A DNA stretch of 64,000 nt. Source: a virus (lineage: Duplodnaviria > Caudoviricetes). The notes beneath the pieces are model-generated. The model had not been told where the DNA came from and searched no databases. It saw only the letters and a list, made by a program, of their open reading frames with translations. This document shows positions 9,839 through 20,475 of this stretch, piece after piece (the first letter of the stretch is position 1; each line of letters begins with the position of its first letter). Position numbers and translations under genes: made by a program. The stretch lies in the IMG/VR virus record IMGVR_UViG_3300037067_006336, positions 64,001 through 128,000 of that record. One strand, given 5' to 3'.

Positions 9839-11077
9839 ATGGCAACAGGAAAAGCAGCGATAGGGGTCCAGTTACAGCGGTTATTCGCCGGGCCGATAGA
9901 GATTGACGCGGTGTTTCAAACCACACTTGCGAGGACTAATTACCTTGCGAACGGGCGTTGTTACCCGGGGCATATATGCACGTCTAACGACCCGGTAGAC
10001 CTGGGTAAACTGTTCATCGTGAACGCTGATAAAAGCGATTACTTCGTGATATCCGGGTCATCAACCAAGTCCCTTTCCCAGGTGCTTACCGATGGTAACC
10101 AGGCCAACATGACCATAGACATGGCGTCACATTCCATCATCAACCTTCAAGATGTAAACGATCCTACATCAGCCGTGTCCAAGGCATACGTGGACGCGAG
10201 GCTGGAGGGTATAAAGGGACAGATGTCGGTTGATTATGTCACCACCGGTGATCTCGGGGGAACATATGATAACGGCACGCTAGGTGTTGGTGCTACCATC
10301 ACCGCCCCCCTGGCATCTACTTCATTCCTCGATGGGTTGACGCACGAGCTGGGTGATTCGGTACTGGTAATCGATAATATAAACAAGAACGAGAACGGTT
10401 TATACGATATAACATCACTAACAACCAACCTGGTTTTAACCAGGAGCACTAAATTCGACGAGGCTACCACGGAAGTATTCTCGAATTACTTGTTCTTCGT
10501 GAAGGAAGGTGCAACGTTCAGCGGTTGCGGTTTCTTCATGACTACTGGTGCAACCGTTGTGATGGGAACTTCAGAACTAGTTTTCAACCAGTACTCGAGA
10601 CCCGCTGTTTACCAGCCTGGGTACGGGTTGTCCCTTGTAGGTAACATATTCTCGTTCAAGGCTTCAGATGCATCAGGTACCGGCCTCGAGGTTGACCCCT
10701 CGTACTCGTACAAGATGCGAGTGAAACCCGATACTACGTCAGGGGCATCGGTGGTACAAGTAAAAGTATCCGCCAACGGTACCGGGGTAGGGATAGATAA
10801 CGATACCATCAAGAAGGATGTTAACGGTGACATGTACGTTAACGGGTACGCCGCAAAGGTTAACAAGGTTGAGCTTGATAACGTGGTGATAGCGATAGGC
10901 ACGAGTACTCTCGACCATAACTTGAACAAGGCAGAGTTAACCGAGGTGATCGTGTACGATACATCGAATGCCGGGAAAGAGAAAATACAACTAGAGTGGA
11001 AACCAAAGGGAATGAACCAGGTAGAGGTTTACTCCAACATAACTTTCCCCGTGGCTAAAGTCATAGTGGCTGGCTAG
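9839..11077 (+). CDS. fibre/decoration protein
   Basis: AVSKAYVD neck, VLV...ENGLY...LTRSTKFD...FVKEG fibre motif, C-terminal HNL module. Confidence 0.6.
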   Translation: MATGKAAIGVQLQRLFAGPIEIDAVFQTTLARTNYLANGRCYPGHICTSNDPVDLGKLFIVNADKSDYFVISGSSTKSLSQVLTDGNQANMTIDMASHSIINLQDVNDPTSAVSKAYVDARLEGIKGQMSVDYVTTGDLGGTYDNGTLGVGATITAPLASTSFLDGLTHELGDSVLVIDNINKNENGLYDITSLTTNLVLTRSTKFDEATTEVFSNYLFFVKEGATFSGCGFFMTTGATVVMGTSELVFNQYSRPAVYQPGYGLSLVGNIFSFKASDASGTGLEVDPSYSYKMRVKPDTTSGASVVQVKVSANGTGVGIDNDTIKKDVNGDMYVNGYAAKVNKVELDNVVIAIGTSTLDHNLNKAELTEVIVYDTSNAGKEKIQLEWKPKGMNQVEVYSNITFPVAKVIVAG

Positions 11078-11108
11078 GTAAATAACACAACCAGGAAAAG
11101 ATAAAGAT

Positions 11109-13040
11109 ATGACCGATTTCACCAGGAAACACGGAACGCACCAGGATTATTCCGGGCAGGAATTGCGGAACTTCTCCCTGGAGAAACTCGATTCCCACCC
11201 GGTTATCGCGTTCAGGGGCAGGTCGTATTACAACACCGTGGATGAATGTCCTTACTTCCATGACGGGACTAACTGGATCAAGTTGAGACAGGCAAAGGGT
11301 GGATGGTACTCGGTTGATAACATAGACCAGCGTGATTCCATACCGGTATCGCTCAGGGAGTTCGGTATGTCGATAACATACAAACATGAAGGTTTACTAG
11401 TTACTGCAGTGTTCAATTCATCAGATACGGGTGATGTATCATGGACTAACCCTTCGAACTGGAAGATGATCCAGTATGATACCGTGCAGATGGTTAACCT
11501 AACGGCGTCTAACGAGGCCGAGTTGATAGCAGCGTTGTACATGATATCCACGAGGAGGAACCAGGGTTACGGCAAGGGAGGGGAAATAATATTCACCAGT
11601 TCGATAACCTTGACGAATCTATGGGATTCGGTAGAGAATAACAACGGGGTGTACGATGCCGGTGGGGTGAAGGTAAACCTAAACGGGTACACCTTGTACC
11701 AGTCGGGAAAGACCCTTAAATTACAGGGTCAATCAATATACTTTTACAACGGCACACTATGTGGTAATAACATTGCTTACTCAGATGTTAATTACGATCA
11801 TATAGAAGGTATACACCTATTGTCGGATGCCGATGATGTAGGTTCTGGATCGACATTATTATTCAACGTGAAGTTCGACCAGGTTATATTTCTCAACTAC
11901 ATAGGAGTACAGGTAACCGCCACTAGCGTTGTTGGTAGCAATACTCTCACCAACATAACGGATATATCACTCATAGAGGTTAACGATTACCTGTTGTTAT
12001 CAACGTTTGACGGGTGGTGCAAGGTTCTATCAAGGGATGCGGTTAACAATTCAGCCGTGCTTGATAAAACATGCACCGGTAAATCATTGCCCGTCATGAA
12101 GGCCGATGTTACCACCGGTAGTGATATCCTGACAAATGTTGTCAATTCTTTCGCCTTCAATAACGGTGACACCTTACTTGTGGATGGTTTCCCGGGTGAA
12201 GTTACGGTGGTATCCAAGATAGATGACAACACGGTACAGGTATCTGCACAAGCATTGACCACCATAGAATCATCAATATTCAGGTTGAAGAAGACGTACA
12301 ATGTCACGTCGATATCTTCCAACAGGGTATATGCCGGTAAACACAATATAAGGGGGGCGATATCAACATCGAACTCCAACGCGGGGACCATAGGTTTTAA
12401 CCTTTGTTACTTCATGTCATGGACAGGTCATGAATCTGGTGGTTACGAGCCATCCATCGATGTTTGCCCGTTCACTATCGACTCCCCGGGTAGCATTACT
12501 GTTTACAATCATTTCAACGGTGTTCACCAGTCGGGGATATACTCATCATATTTAAGGGTTGGATTAAAGACTTCCATCAAACATGATGCCAGCTTGTCGT
12601 TCTTCGTTGACCCTAACCAGACCAGGAAGAATGCTGATGGTTCCGACGGTGTATTCGTGGATAACCCCTTGTACAGGATTTTTAATAGCAACAAGATAGC
12701 CGCGTTTAACACCAGGTTCAACGCGCAGGTAGAATCCTACATGGAGGAAACCTCTACTGATGTAGGGGGAAGGTACATCCTCATCACCGGGAATGACGGC
12801 ATACCGAGGAAGTTACAACTAAGCAAGATAATGCCTTCCACGGCTGATCACGTTACCGTGTTCGTGGATAGTACCTCGGTAACGGTGGAACACGGTCTGT
12901 CGAAGAGACCCCACGTCACGGTTTACTTGTTGGATGGCAGGGAGGTGGAGGGAGAGGTGTTACTTGACGTGGATAACCCGCTCGACAAGCTGGTATTCAA
13001 CAGTAATATAAGTATATCAGGGTACCTTAGGTGCTCGTGA
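11109..13040 (+). CDS. tail fibre protein
   Basis: Shared N module (ELRNFSLEKL...GRSYYNT), two internal repeats (VVGSNTLTNI / VTTGSDILTNV), C-terminal HGL module. Confidence 0.6.
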   Translation: MTDFTRKHGTHQDYSGQELRNFSLEKLDSHPVIAFRGRSYYNTVDECPYFHDGTNWIKLRQAKGGWYSVDNIDQRDSIPVSLREFGMSITYKHEGLLVTAVFNSSDTGDVSWTNPSNWKMIQYDTVQMVNLTASNEAELIAALYMISTRRNQGYGKGGEIIFTSSITLTNLWDSVENNNGVYDAGGVKVNLNGYTLYQSGKTLKLQGQSIYFYNGTLCGNNIAYSDVNYDHIEGIHLLSDADDVGSGSTLLFNVKFDQVIFLNYIGVQVTATSVVGSNTLTNITDISLIEVNDYLLLSTFDGWCKVLSRDAVNNSAVLDKTCTGKSLPVMKADVTTGSDILTNVVNSFAFNNGDTLLVDGFPGEVTVVSKIDDNTVQVSAQALTTIESSIFRLKKTYNVTSISSNRVYAGKHNIRGAISTSNSNAGTIGFNLCYFMSWTGHESGGYEPSIDVCPFTIDSPGSITVYNHFNGVHQSGIYSSYLRVGLKTSIKHDASLSFFVDPNQTRKNADGSDGVFVDNPLYRIFNSNKIAAFNTRFNAQVESYMEETSTDVGGRYILITGNDGIPRKLQLSKIMPSTADHVTVFVDSTSVTVEHGLSKRPHVTVYLLDGREVEGEVLLDVDNPLDKLVFNSNISISGYLRCS

Positions 13041-13062
13041 ACAACGATAAAGAAAAGAAGAA

Positions 13063-14565
13063 ATGGCCAAGAAAGATTTCGTGGTAGGAGTGGACCTGAA
13101 CAGGCAGCACTTGTTGAACGCCGTCATGATGGAACTAGAGGCAGACCCGGAGGATTTGCAAGCCTTGTATTACTTCAACACGGTTTCCAGGAAGATACGT
13201 TACCACGACGGGAACGTGTGGAAGGATGTCATCGGGGGAACCGTGACACGATCTTACATCATAGATAGATCGATAGCGGGGGGTACAAGTGCTGAAATAT
13301 TACCTGGTAACAGGTATGAAACAGGTTCATGCATGGTATTTGCCTGTGGTGTATGCCAGCATAACATCACGGAGTCTGTCGCACGTGACAAGGTGACACT
13401 TGACCACGTCCCACCGGCGGGGACAGAATTAACCATGCAATACATCCCTGATATGACATTGTTCGCCGGTGCCATAACAGGTTACACTACCGAGGTAGCA
13501 CCAGGTACGATGTTAACCCTTCAATCCCATGCCTTCGGGGGTGTTGGTACGAAGGTTGTTACCTGGTATGTTGGTGGTGTGGTTGCTGGCACCGGGACTA
13601 CACTGGAATTTACACCGACAAGTAGCGTGGATGTTCACTATGAAGTAACGGACGAAGAACTTATTTATGCCGAATCACAAGTTATTAATGTGGTAGTACG
13701 ACAAACAATTTATTTGTTGGATAATGTTTACCCGAGTGGTATTAATATTTCTGATATGTATGATAATCGCACCACGACTTATGACATTGCCGTTAAATCA
13801 AATGGTGATATACTGGTTGCGGCTGGTTATAAGGTTTATACCTTTAATGGTTCATCGTGGGATTCAGGAGTTAACTATGGTAATGCTCAAATTACCAGTA
13901 TGATAATACTTGATGATGATACCATGATGATTGGTGATTTTTATGGCAAGGTTCACGCGATTAGTGGAACAAATATTACACAAACGATAGAGTTGGGCGG
14001 TTTCGAAAATCCGGTAATTTCCATTATCGCGTTACCAAATGGGGTTAAGTTTGCTTTGATTGAAAGTGGTAAAGTATTCAGATTCGACGGTACTTCATGG
14101 GATTCTGGAGTTCAATTAGCAGATTCACGTGCCTCTTGCATGTATTTGCTGAAGAATGGAAATATATTGGTGGGATATAATACCGGGACTATTTTTAAAT
14201 TTAACGGAGCTATATGGGATTCAGGCACATATATATGTAGTGAAGCTATACAAAGCATATGTGAATTATCGGATGGAAGATTAATGACTGCGGTGTATAA
14301 TTCCATCTACACGTATAATGGAACAACATGGGATTCAGGAGTATCTATAATCTCGGGAAGCTGTTCAACCATTATTGAATTACCTGATGGAAGTGTGTTA
14401 GCCGTTTACGATTTAGGGTTATTCAAATACGATGGGATAACATGGGAATATAATGCGCCTACATTTTTGCGCAAATTCCACACCTTAACCAATGGTGATG
14501 TCATTGCAAGTGCAGATTCTGATGATGTCAATGGACTATGTATTGTTACACACGGTAATGTATAA
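13063..14565 (+). CDS. fibre protein with Ig-like domain and beta-propeller receptor-binding domain
   Basis: Shared N module; repeated F/Y-N/D-G-x-x-WDSG blades about 39-40 aa apart. Confidence 0.6.
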   Translation: MAKKDFVVGVDLNRQHLLNAVMMELEADPEDLQALYYFNTVSRKIRYHDGNVWKDVIGGTVTRSYIIDRSIAGGTSAEILPGNRYETGSCMVFACGVCQHNITESVARDKVTLDHVPPAGTELTMQYIPDMTLFAGAITGYTTEVAPGTMLTLQSHAFGGVGTKVVTWYVGGVVAGTGTTLEFTPTSSVDVHYEVTDEELIYAESQVINVVVRQTIYLLDNVYPSGINISDMYDNRTTTYDIAVKSNGDILVAAGYKVYTFNGSSWDSGVNYGNAQITSMIILDDDTMMIGDFYGKVHAISGTNITQTIELGGFENPVISIIALPNGVKFALIESGKVFRFDGTSWDSGVQLADSRASCMYLLKNGNILVGYNTGTIFKFNGAIWDSGTYICSEAIQSICELSDGRLMTAVYNSIYTYNGTTWDSGVSIISGSCSTIIELPDGSVLAVYDLGLFKYDGITWEYNAPTFLRKFHTLTNGDVIASADSDDVNGLCIVTHGNV

Positions 14566-14638
14566 CCAACCATATATACAGACATCCTAATCAACGGTAA
14601 TATATCAGAATCATTTAATATTTTAACATTCCTGGAAA

Positions 14639-16159
14639 ATGACAAGTAAAGTTAAGAAACCATACCTGGATATCACGGATTCTGTAGAAACAGAAGATAT
14701 AAAGGACGGTGCAGTAACATCCCAGAAACTAGCAGAAACATACGTTGTTAACGAGGGCATCGTGTCATCATTAGTAGGTATCACAGGTTCTGGTCTTGTA
14801 AAGAAGGTTGGTGACGAATTAGAAATAGACACCAGGGTATTATCTATCGCTGGACACGAGCATTCACCTTCAATATTCTCCAGGGTACTCGATAGTACGT
14901 CAACCCCCTTAACGAAGGCAAACATAAGGTGCGTGGTCATGTCCGATGATGGTACGCATGTCTATGTTGTTGGTAGGTCACCTTCCGGTAGCATATTGAA
15001 CGTGAGTCATGATGCAGGGGTTACGTTCGAAAGCATAACCGGCCAACACACGGTGGATAATGCACAACTAGATCATGTTTCATGTTCCATCGATGGATCG
15101 GTGGTTGTTATAATCGATCAGTACTACACGCAGAACGCTTACGTGTCGTTTGATTCCGGGGTAACTTTTAACCTGGTAACCATTAATACAGGTTACTTGA
15201 ACGGTTGGAAGACTTCGTGTTTCGATGATTACGGTAACATGTACATGGCCGGTAGCCAGGGGTTAGCATACTGCCAGTACGGTAGTACTAACTTCTTCAT
15301 AACTGCATTTCCAGGTGAATCTCTTTGGAATGTGGCCGTCTCACCATCAGGAGTACACGTGGTAACATCACTTTCTGATAACAGTGGTTCTTACGTTATG
15401 AACACCTTTAATAGTAATTCGGTGTTATGTCCTGAAATAAAATCTTCAAGCGGTAATATAAAAGTTAATAACAGTGGTGTTATATTCTTCAATAACAATA
15501 ATGGTGCCGTAGGCATAAGTACGGATGGTGGCAGGACAACAACCTTGATACCACTTGTCGTATCGGGGGATATTTTTGTTTTCAATGATATGGCTAACGC
15601 GCTTATAACAGATTCCACGAGTGGTTCTTTATATGAATCGATAGACCTGGGTGCCACCATATCGTTTCCACCAATATACACTAATAATTCTTTCAACGGG
15701 TTAACCTTTGTAACATCCAACAGGGACGGTTCACATGTTTACCTAATAGACGAGATGTTCCCATCAACCCTCGTGCATCTTGTATTCCGGCATGTCACCA
15801 ATATACCGATAACGTTCGAGAAGGGTATAATACTAGCTGAAACAGATGAAATTTTAATACCCCCTGCAGGTTACCAGGGGTTAAACGTTAACACGTCTGG
15901 AAAGGCAACATTAACAAATTCCACGGGGGAAACCCAGGTAATAGGTAATTCATTGACCAGGGTTTTCACCGGTGTATCAATTGTTGCCGATGATTCCAAT
16001 GTCCTGACACACGATCTAAACACCATTAATGTCAATGTCACGGTAAGGGATGAATCCGATGATACCGAGGTGGAGGTGCCCTGGAAACCAGTATCGGTTA
16101 CACAGGTAAGGATTTCATCAACCGCTGCTTTCACGGCAACCGTCAAGTTACAAGCGTAA
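14639..16159 (+). CDS. fibre protein with BNR/Asp-box beta-propeller
   Basis: IKDGAVTSQKLA trimer repeat; Asp boxes SHDAGVTF, SFDSGVTF, STDGGRT, SIDLGAT; C-terminal HDL module. Confidence 0.6.
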   Translation: MTSKVKKPYLDITDSVETEDIKDGAVTSQKLAETYVVNEGIVSSLVGITGSGLVKKVGDELEIDTRVLSIAGHEHSPSIFSRVLDSTSTPLTKANIRCVVMSDDGTHVYVVGRSPSGSILNVSHDAGVTFESITGQHTVDNAQLDHVSCSIDGSVVVIIDQYYTQNAYVSFDSGVTFNLVTINTGYLNGWKTSCFDDYGNMYMAGSQGLAYCQYGSTNFFITAFPGESLWNVAVSPSGVHVVTSLSDNSGSYVMNTFNSNSVLCPEIKSSSGNIKVNNSGVIFFNNNNGAVGISTDGGRTTTLIPLVVSGDIFVFNDMANALITDSTSGSLYESIDLGATISFPPIYTNNSFNGLTFVTSNRDGSHVYLIDEMFPSTLVHLVFRHVTNIPITFEKGIILAETDEILIPPAGYQGLNVNTSGKATLTNSTGETQVIGNSLTRVFTGVSIVADDSNVLTHDLNTINVNVTVRDESDDTEVEVPWKPVSVTQVRISSTAAFTATVKLQA

Positions 16160-16179
16160 ATAAATAAACAAGCACAACG

Positions 16180-16755
16180 ATGGCATTATTTTCCAAGAAG
16201 ATATTCGCTAATTTTGATTTCATGAACGTGTCCAGGTTGATGAACGTACCTGTTCCTTCCGCGGATGGTGATGCCGTTAACCGGAAGTTCTTGGGTGATA
16301 ATTACGTACCTGTAAACGGTCTAGTTAATGATATCAACATGAACTTGAAATCATTGAAATACGGTTCCTTGAACTCCCCGGGGTTCAGTTACCAGGGAGT
16401 CTTGTTGATATTGAAGGCAGGTCAGAACATATCACAGGGTCAATTCCTGTACCCGTCATATAACAATGGTAACATTGTCCTACCATCATCTAATTCATCG
16501 GAAACAACTTCCCTTGGTGTTTTCGTAGCCACGGAAAGCAAACTGGTTAACGAGGATGTAACGGTAATGTTACCGGGGGGTATAATAAGGAACTCCTCGT
16601 ACTCTTTGACAGTAGGGTCAATAGTGTTCATAAATGCAAACGGTTACCCAACGACCACCAGGCCGGATACGGGAACAACCATACTACCCGTGGGCGTGGC
16701 ATTAACACAATATTCCTACATCTTCCACCTGGGTTTCATACCAATGGGGTTATGA
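16180..16755 (+). CDS. fibre/capsid-cement-like protein
   Basis: DAVN neck; AGQNISQGQFLY...LTVGSIVFI...PVGVALT resembles the cement/decoration fold. Confidence 0.45.
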   Translation: MALFSKKIFANFDFMNVSRLMNVPVPSADGDAVNRKFLGDNYVPVNGLVNDINMNLKSLKYGSLNSPGFSYQGVLLILKAGQNISQGQFLYPSYNNGNIVLPSSNSSETTSLGVFVATESKLVNEDVTVMLPGGIIRNSSYSLTVGSIVFINANGYPTTTRPDTGTTILPVGVALTQYSYIFHLGFIPMGL

Positions 16756-16791
16756 TGGTTGTAAAGGAAAATATTGATAAAAAGTATTTAA

Positions 16792-18921
16792 ATGGCAACG
16801 ATTACACTCATATCAACAGGCACGTGGGATGCAACCAATACTACCATATGGTCTCCTGCACAAGTACCCACATCAAGTGATGATGTTATAATTGCTAGTG
16901 GATTTACTGTTAATTGTGCTTCAACCGGGTGTGTATGCAATAATATAACATATTCTGGCGGTCAAACGAATTTTAGTCCAATTAATGTGTACGGAAATGT
17001 TGTAGTTAATACGTCATATGCGCCAAGAATAATTGATTATTCAAATTTGATTCTAAATACGGCATCTAGTACGGTATCTTGTATGGATGTCGTACCTGCA
17101 AAAATAACTTCTAATGCTGTTGGGGTATCAGCAACTTCAAACATTTACTTATCGGCATTAGTTATAAATGCCTCATGTTCTTTCGTAAGCGGTAATTATG
17201 ATTTATCAAGCTCACATTTTTGCAATGTAGCGGCATCTGGAATACTGTCTATGAACCAAGGGAAAACTTTGACGCTGAATATTTCTGAATCATCTGTTAC
17301 TGACAGCGCATTAAGCAGCATTTCCTTAATGACTGGAGTAAATGTTATATTATATATGAAAGGCAATAACCTTTCATACGATTGTACGATAGGTGATCTT
17401 ACATTAACTACAACATCAGGTGTAAATGATAACATGCGCAGGTCAGTAAATATCGGCGGGAATAGTTCAAGCCTTACTGTTAACGGTACCGGTAACAGGG
17501 CTGTTAACATCCAATTAAAAAAAGATATCATAATATCAGGCAATATATCAATATCTTCATCGGATAATTCCAGGGTGTACGTCAAATCGTCAATATATGG
17601 TATTAATAGAATATTAACCTGTAATGGAATAGTTAGTATCGATAATACTATATTCATGGATATTACAGGTTCTGGTAGTGCTAATTGGAATTTATCATCT
17701 TCTAGTGACGTAGGTGATGGAGGAAATAATTCAGGCATCACATTCTCATCTGGTGTTAATAAATATTGGGTGGCATCTTCTGGTGGCAACTGGAATGATA
17801 GAAATAGCTGGTCATTAACTAGCAACGGTACTCCAGGAGCAAATATACCTTTACCTCAAGATTCTGAGATGTACGATCAATACTCTATAACATCTACAGG
17901 TAGGACGATTTCATTTAATGCTTTAAACCCTATACATGGCAATATAGTTAATGAAGGCTTGCTGAATTCACCAATCCTTCATTTAAATGGGCATCAATAT
18001 TTCCGTGAAGACGTAGACGTAAGTGGATTCGGATCAATGATCCATAATAACTATACCGTTTATTTCAGTAAGCTATTGAAAGGTCTGATGATATTTAAAG
18101 CAAATGATAATATTATTTTTTACAGCATTCAAACAATAGGGTCAAGGGTGTACAATTATGCCTTACAAATTGACTCGAATATAAATATGTCAGGAACTAT
18201 TTACGCCTCTGATTATTTAAGTATAAATATACAATCTTACAAGGTAAGGGCAAATGAGCTATATCATCTAAGATCAGTAATGGGAAATGGTGTTATAGAA
18301 ATCAATTCTTACATGTATCATGCTCCACACATGTATGTTGGCAATAATAATACATGGACGCTTAAATTATCAGGATCAACAATCACTGTGGATGTTATAT
18401 CCATCCCTACAACTAGTACGAATATACTAGGAAATCTTATAATAGACTGTAGCGCATCCTGCACATTTATTAATTTGAATACACAAAATCAGTCAAATAT
18501 ACTTAAATTCAACAACATAATATTCCAACAACCAGGGAAACCTTTTACATTTTATGGAGAGGGTGGAACTTACGGAAATCTAAGGATATCAGCTGAATCG
18601 GTAACCAATAACTCACCAGATGACAATCCTGTATCAATTACTGCAAGTAATGGGCAAGGTAAGTTCGATATAGGGACGGTAAGCCGTGATAACTCGCTGG
18701 TACTTGACCTTGGATACGCCAACTTGAATAATATTACATGCCCCACCAAGAACAGTTTGTATGCCATGGGTACGCATGTTAACACCAGTAACGTGTACAA
18801 CCATGAACCAAGGTTGTTGAAATTTAAGAAACCTTTCAATTCAAGGAGGTACCAGTTAGCTGGTAATATCGCTGGGTATACTTTCAATACCATAAAGAAA
18901 GTGCTGGGTGTAAATAACTAG
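16792..18921 (+). CDS. beta-helix adhesin / receptor-binding protein
   Basis: Asn/Ser/Ile-rich 709 aa; W...W...VP...DDV motif twice; AT-rich codon usage unlike the core genes. Confidence 0.55.
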   Translation: MATITLISTGTWDATNTTIWSPAQVPTSSDDVIIASGFTVNCASTGCVCNNITYSGGQTNFSPINVYGNVVVNTSYAPRIIDYSNLILNTASSTVSCMDVVPAKITSNAVGVSATSNIYLSALVINASCSFVSGNYDLSSSHFCNVAASGILSMNQGKTLTLNISESSVTDSALSSISLMTGVNVILYMKGNNLSYDCTIGDLTLTTTSGVNDNMRRSVNIGGNSSSLTVNGTGNRAVNIQLKKDIIISGNISISSSDNSRVYVKSSIYGINRILTCNGIVSIDNTIFMDITGSGSANWNLSSSSDVGDGGNNSGITFSSGVNKYWVASSGGNWNDRNSWSLTSNGTPGANIPLPQDSEMYDQYSITSTGRTISFNALNPIHGNIVNEGLLNSPILHLNGHQYFREDVDVSGFGSMIHNNYTVYFSKLLKGLMIFKANDNIIFYSIQTIGSRVYNYALQIDSNINMSGTIYASDYLSINIQSYKVRANELYHLRSVMGNGVIEINSYMYHAPHMYVGNNNTWTLKLSGSTITVDVISIPTTSTNILGNLIIDCSASCTFINLNTQNQSNILKFNNIIFQQPGKPFTFYGEGGTYGNLRISAESVTNNSPDDNPVSITASNGQGKFDIGTVSRDNSLVLDLGYANLNNITCPTKNSLYAMGTHVNTSNVYNHEPRLLKFKKPFNSRRYQLAGNIAGYTFNTIKKVLGVNN

Positions 18922-18955
18922 TTTGACTGGTGGAAAATCTTCCCGTCAAATTTTA
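18922..18955 (+). terminator. possible weak intrinsic terminator
   Basis: TTTGAC..GTCAAA stem followed by TTTT. Confidence 0.3.
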
Positions 18956-18969
18956 ACAATAACATTGAT

Positions 18970-19608
18970 ATGCATAAGTTACGTTGTCCCTTACATATGC
19001 TCACCGGACTGGTGGTTGAATCTGGTGCTGCCGTTTACCACAAGTTGTACGATAACTACAACAAGTGCCAGCAGATGATAATATCCATGGATTACTACAA
19101 GGACGAGACATGTATACCCCTTGACGTTATGGGCAGGGAGGGAAAGGAGAAATTGAAGGACGTGTTCGTGGAGAATTGTCCTTACAATATATTCGAGACG
19201 GTGCGTTACATGACTCTTGATGAAATAAGGTTCAAGAACCTTAACAAGATAGGTCACGACCATGTTCATGATTTACTATCCAGTATATTCGGGTACTGGA
19301 ACGTCGAGGACCTGGAGTACGGTTTATACATGGAATCTTCATACGGGGAAATACTCGATTTCAACCAGGAGGTTAAGATGTTCGACATACCATTTGGTTA
19401 CCATGTTTTAAGGATACTTGTAACCAATGATACGCTGGATAATGTAATGGTTAACGTGGGAAGTGGTAGTTTGTTGACCGACGTGATACAGGAACACGTT
19501 TTAGCACCAGGGGAAAGTATAGATGAGAGGATAGAGATAACGGGTATGGTATCGATGTACATCAATCACCCATTGTCATGGAAGGCCAAATTTGACATGA
19601 AGATATAA
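18970..19608 (+). CDS. hypothetical protein
   Basis: 212-aa ORF with core codon usage. Confidence 0.6.
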   Translation: MHKLRCPLHMLTGLVVESGAAVYHKLYDNYNKCQQMIISMDYYKDETCIPLDVMGREGKEKLKDVFVENCPYNIFETVRYMTLDEIRFKNLNKIGHDHVHDLLSSIFGYWNVEDLEYGLYMESSYGEILDFNQEVKMFDIPFGYHVLRILVTNDTLDNVMVNVGSGSLLTDVIQEHVLAPGESIDERIEITGMVSMYINHPLSWKAKFDMKI

Positions 19609-19612
19609 CCAT

Positions 19613-20093
19613 ATGACAGCTTCAAAAAGATACAACACGGTGCCACAATTACCGGTTTTACCCGGGGTTACACAAGCATCGGTTCCACCGGTATCACACA
19701 TTTCGATATATTCCAGGGATTCTAAATTTTATTTTCTTGGTGCTGATGGATCTGAGGTGATGCTGGATTTCCCCGAGGTTGTTGACATAACGGTACTACA
19801 GGCGAAGTTCGGTAACCATACCCCCGGGAGATACCTACTTGCTGGTGGTAACTGGTAACGCGTCAAACATGGAAGGAGCGAATAATATTGCCAAGGGGTT
19901 ATTGAGTACACCGGCGGCCGAGATAAGCTCGTACCGTGATGGTGATTGTCATGTCCTGGTAGATGCTATTACATCGATGACAGGGGTAACATGGATGGAT
20001 TCCGTGATACCATCCAGCAGTACCAGTATACGGGAGTACATGGTAACCAAGCTAGGGGATTATATCATCGGTACTACCGAGGTTGGGTTGTGA
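19613..20093 (+). pseudogene. hypothetical gene split by a +1 frameshift
   Basis: ORFs 19613-19858 and 19839-20093 overlap in +1 frame; TGGTAAC tandem duplication at 19846-19859. Confidence 0.45.
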
Positions 20094-20100
20094 TGTTAGG

Positions 20101-20108
20101 CAGGATAT
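20101..20108 (+). promoter_or_regulatory. RCAGGATAT promoter-like motif
   Basis: 34 nt upstream of ATG 20135; recurs upstream of 11 candidate gene starts. Confidence 0.65.
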
Positions 20109-20134
20109 GTTAAATAATATTAAATTAAATAAAC

Positions 20135-20428
20135 ATGGTAAGGGCATTGATGAATATACTTGGTTACGTCAGGGTCACCAGTATAATAGGGGGTAAAACA
20201 TTACTATTGTACTCCCCAGACACCAGGATTAAAATGAAGGCTAATAACCGTGTAGGTCGTATAGCATCAGTTGTTATCGAGAACACTGCCGATTCACCCG
20301 TGGTAAGGTACCAGGTGGAATACTGGGATGAAGGAACTAATAATTTCGTTAACAACACTGTTTACGAGTGCGAGATGATAGTGTTGGATAATAAGGTATC
20401 ATCATCAAGGAAAATAGGTTTCCAGTAA
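20135..20428 (+). CDS. hypothetical protein
   Basis: 97-aa ORF after promoter-like motif. Confidence 0.6.
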   Translation: MVRALMNILGYVRVTSIIGGKTLLLYSPDTRIKMKANNRVGRIASVVIENTADSPVVRYQVEYWDEGTNNFVNNTVYECEMIVLDNKVSSSRKIGFQ

Positions 20429-20475
20429 CGACCTTATCATGATGTCAGTTATCAATACCCCATTGTCAAGAATCA

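Noticed and set aside
8722-18921. Diversity-generating retroelement acting on fibre genes
   Set aside because: No reverse transcriptase and no template/variable repeat pair differing at adenines was seen.
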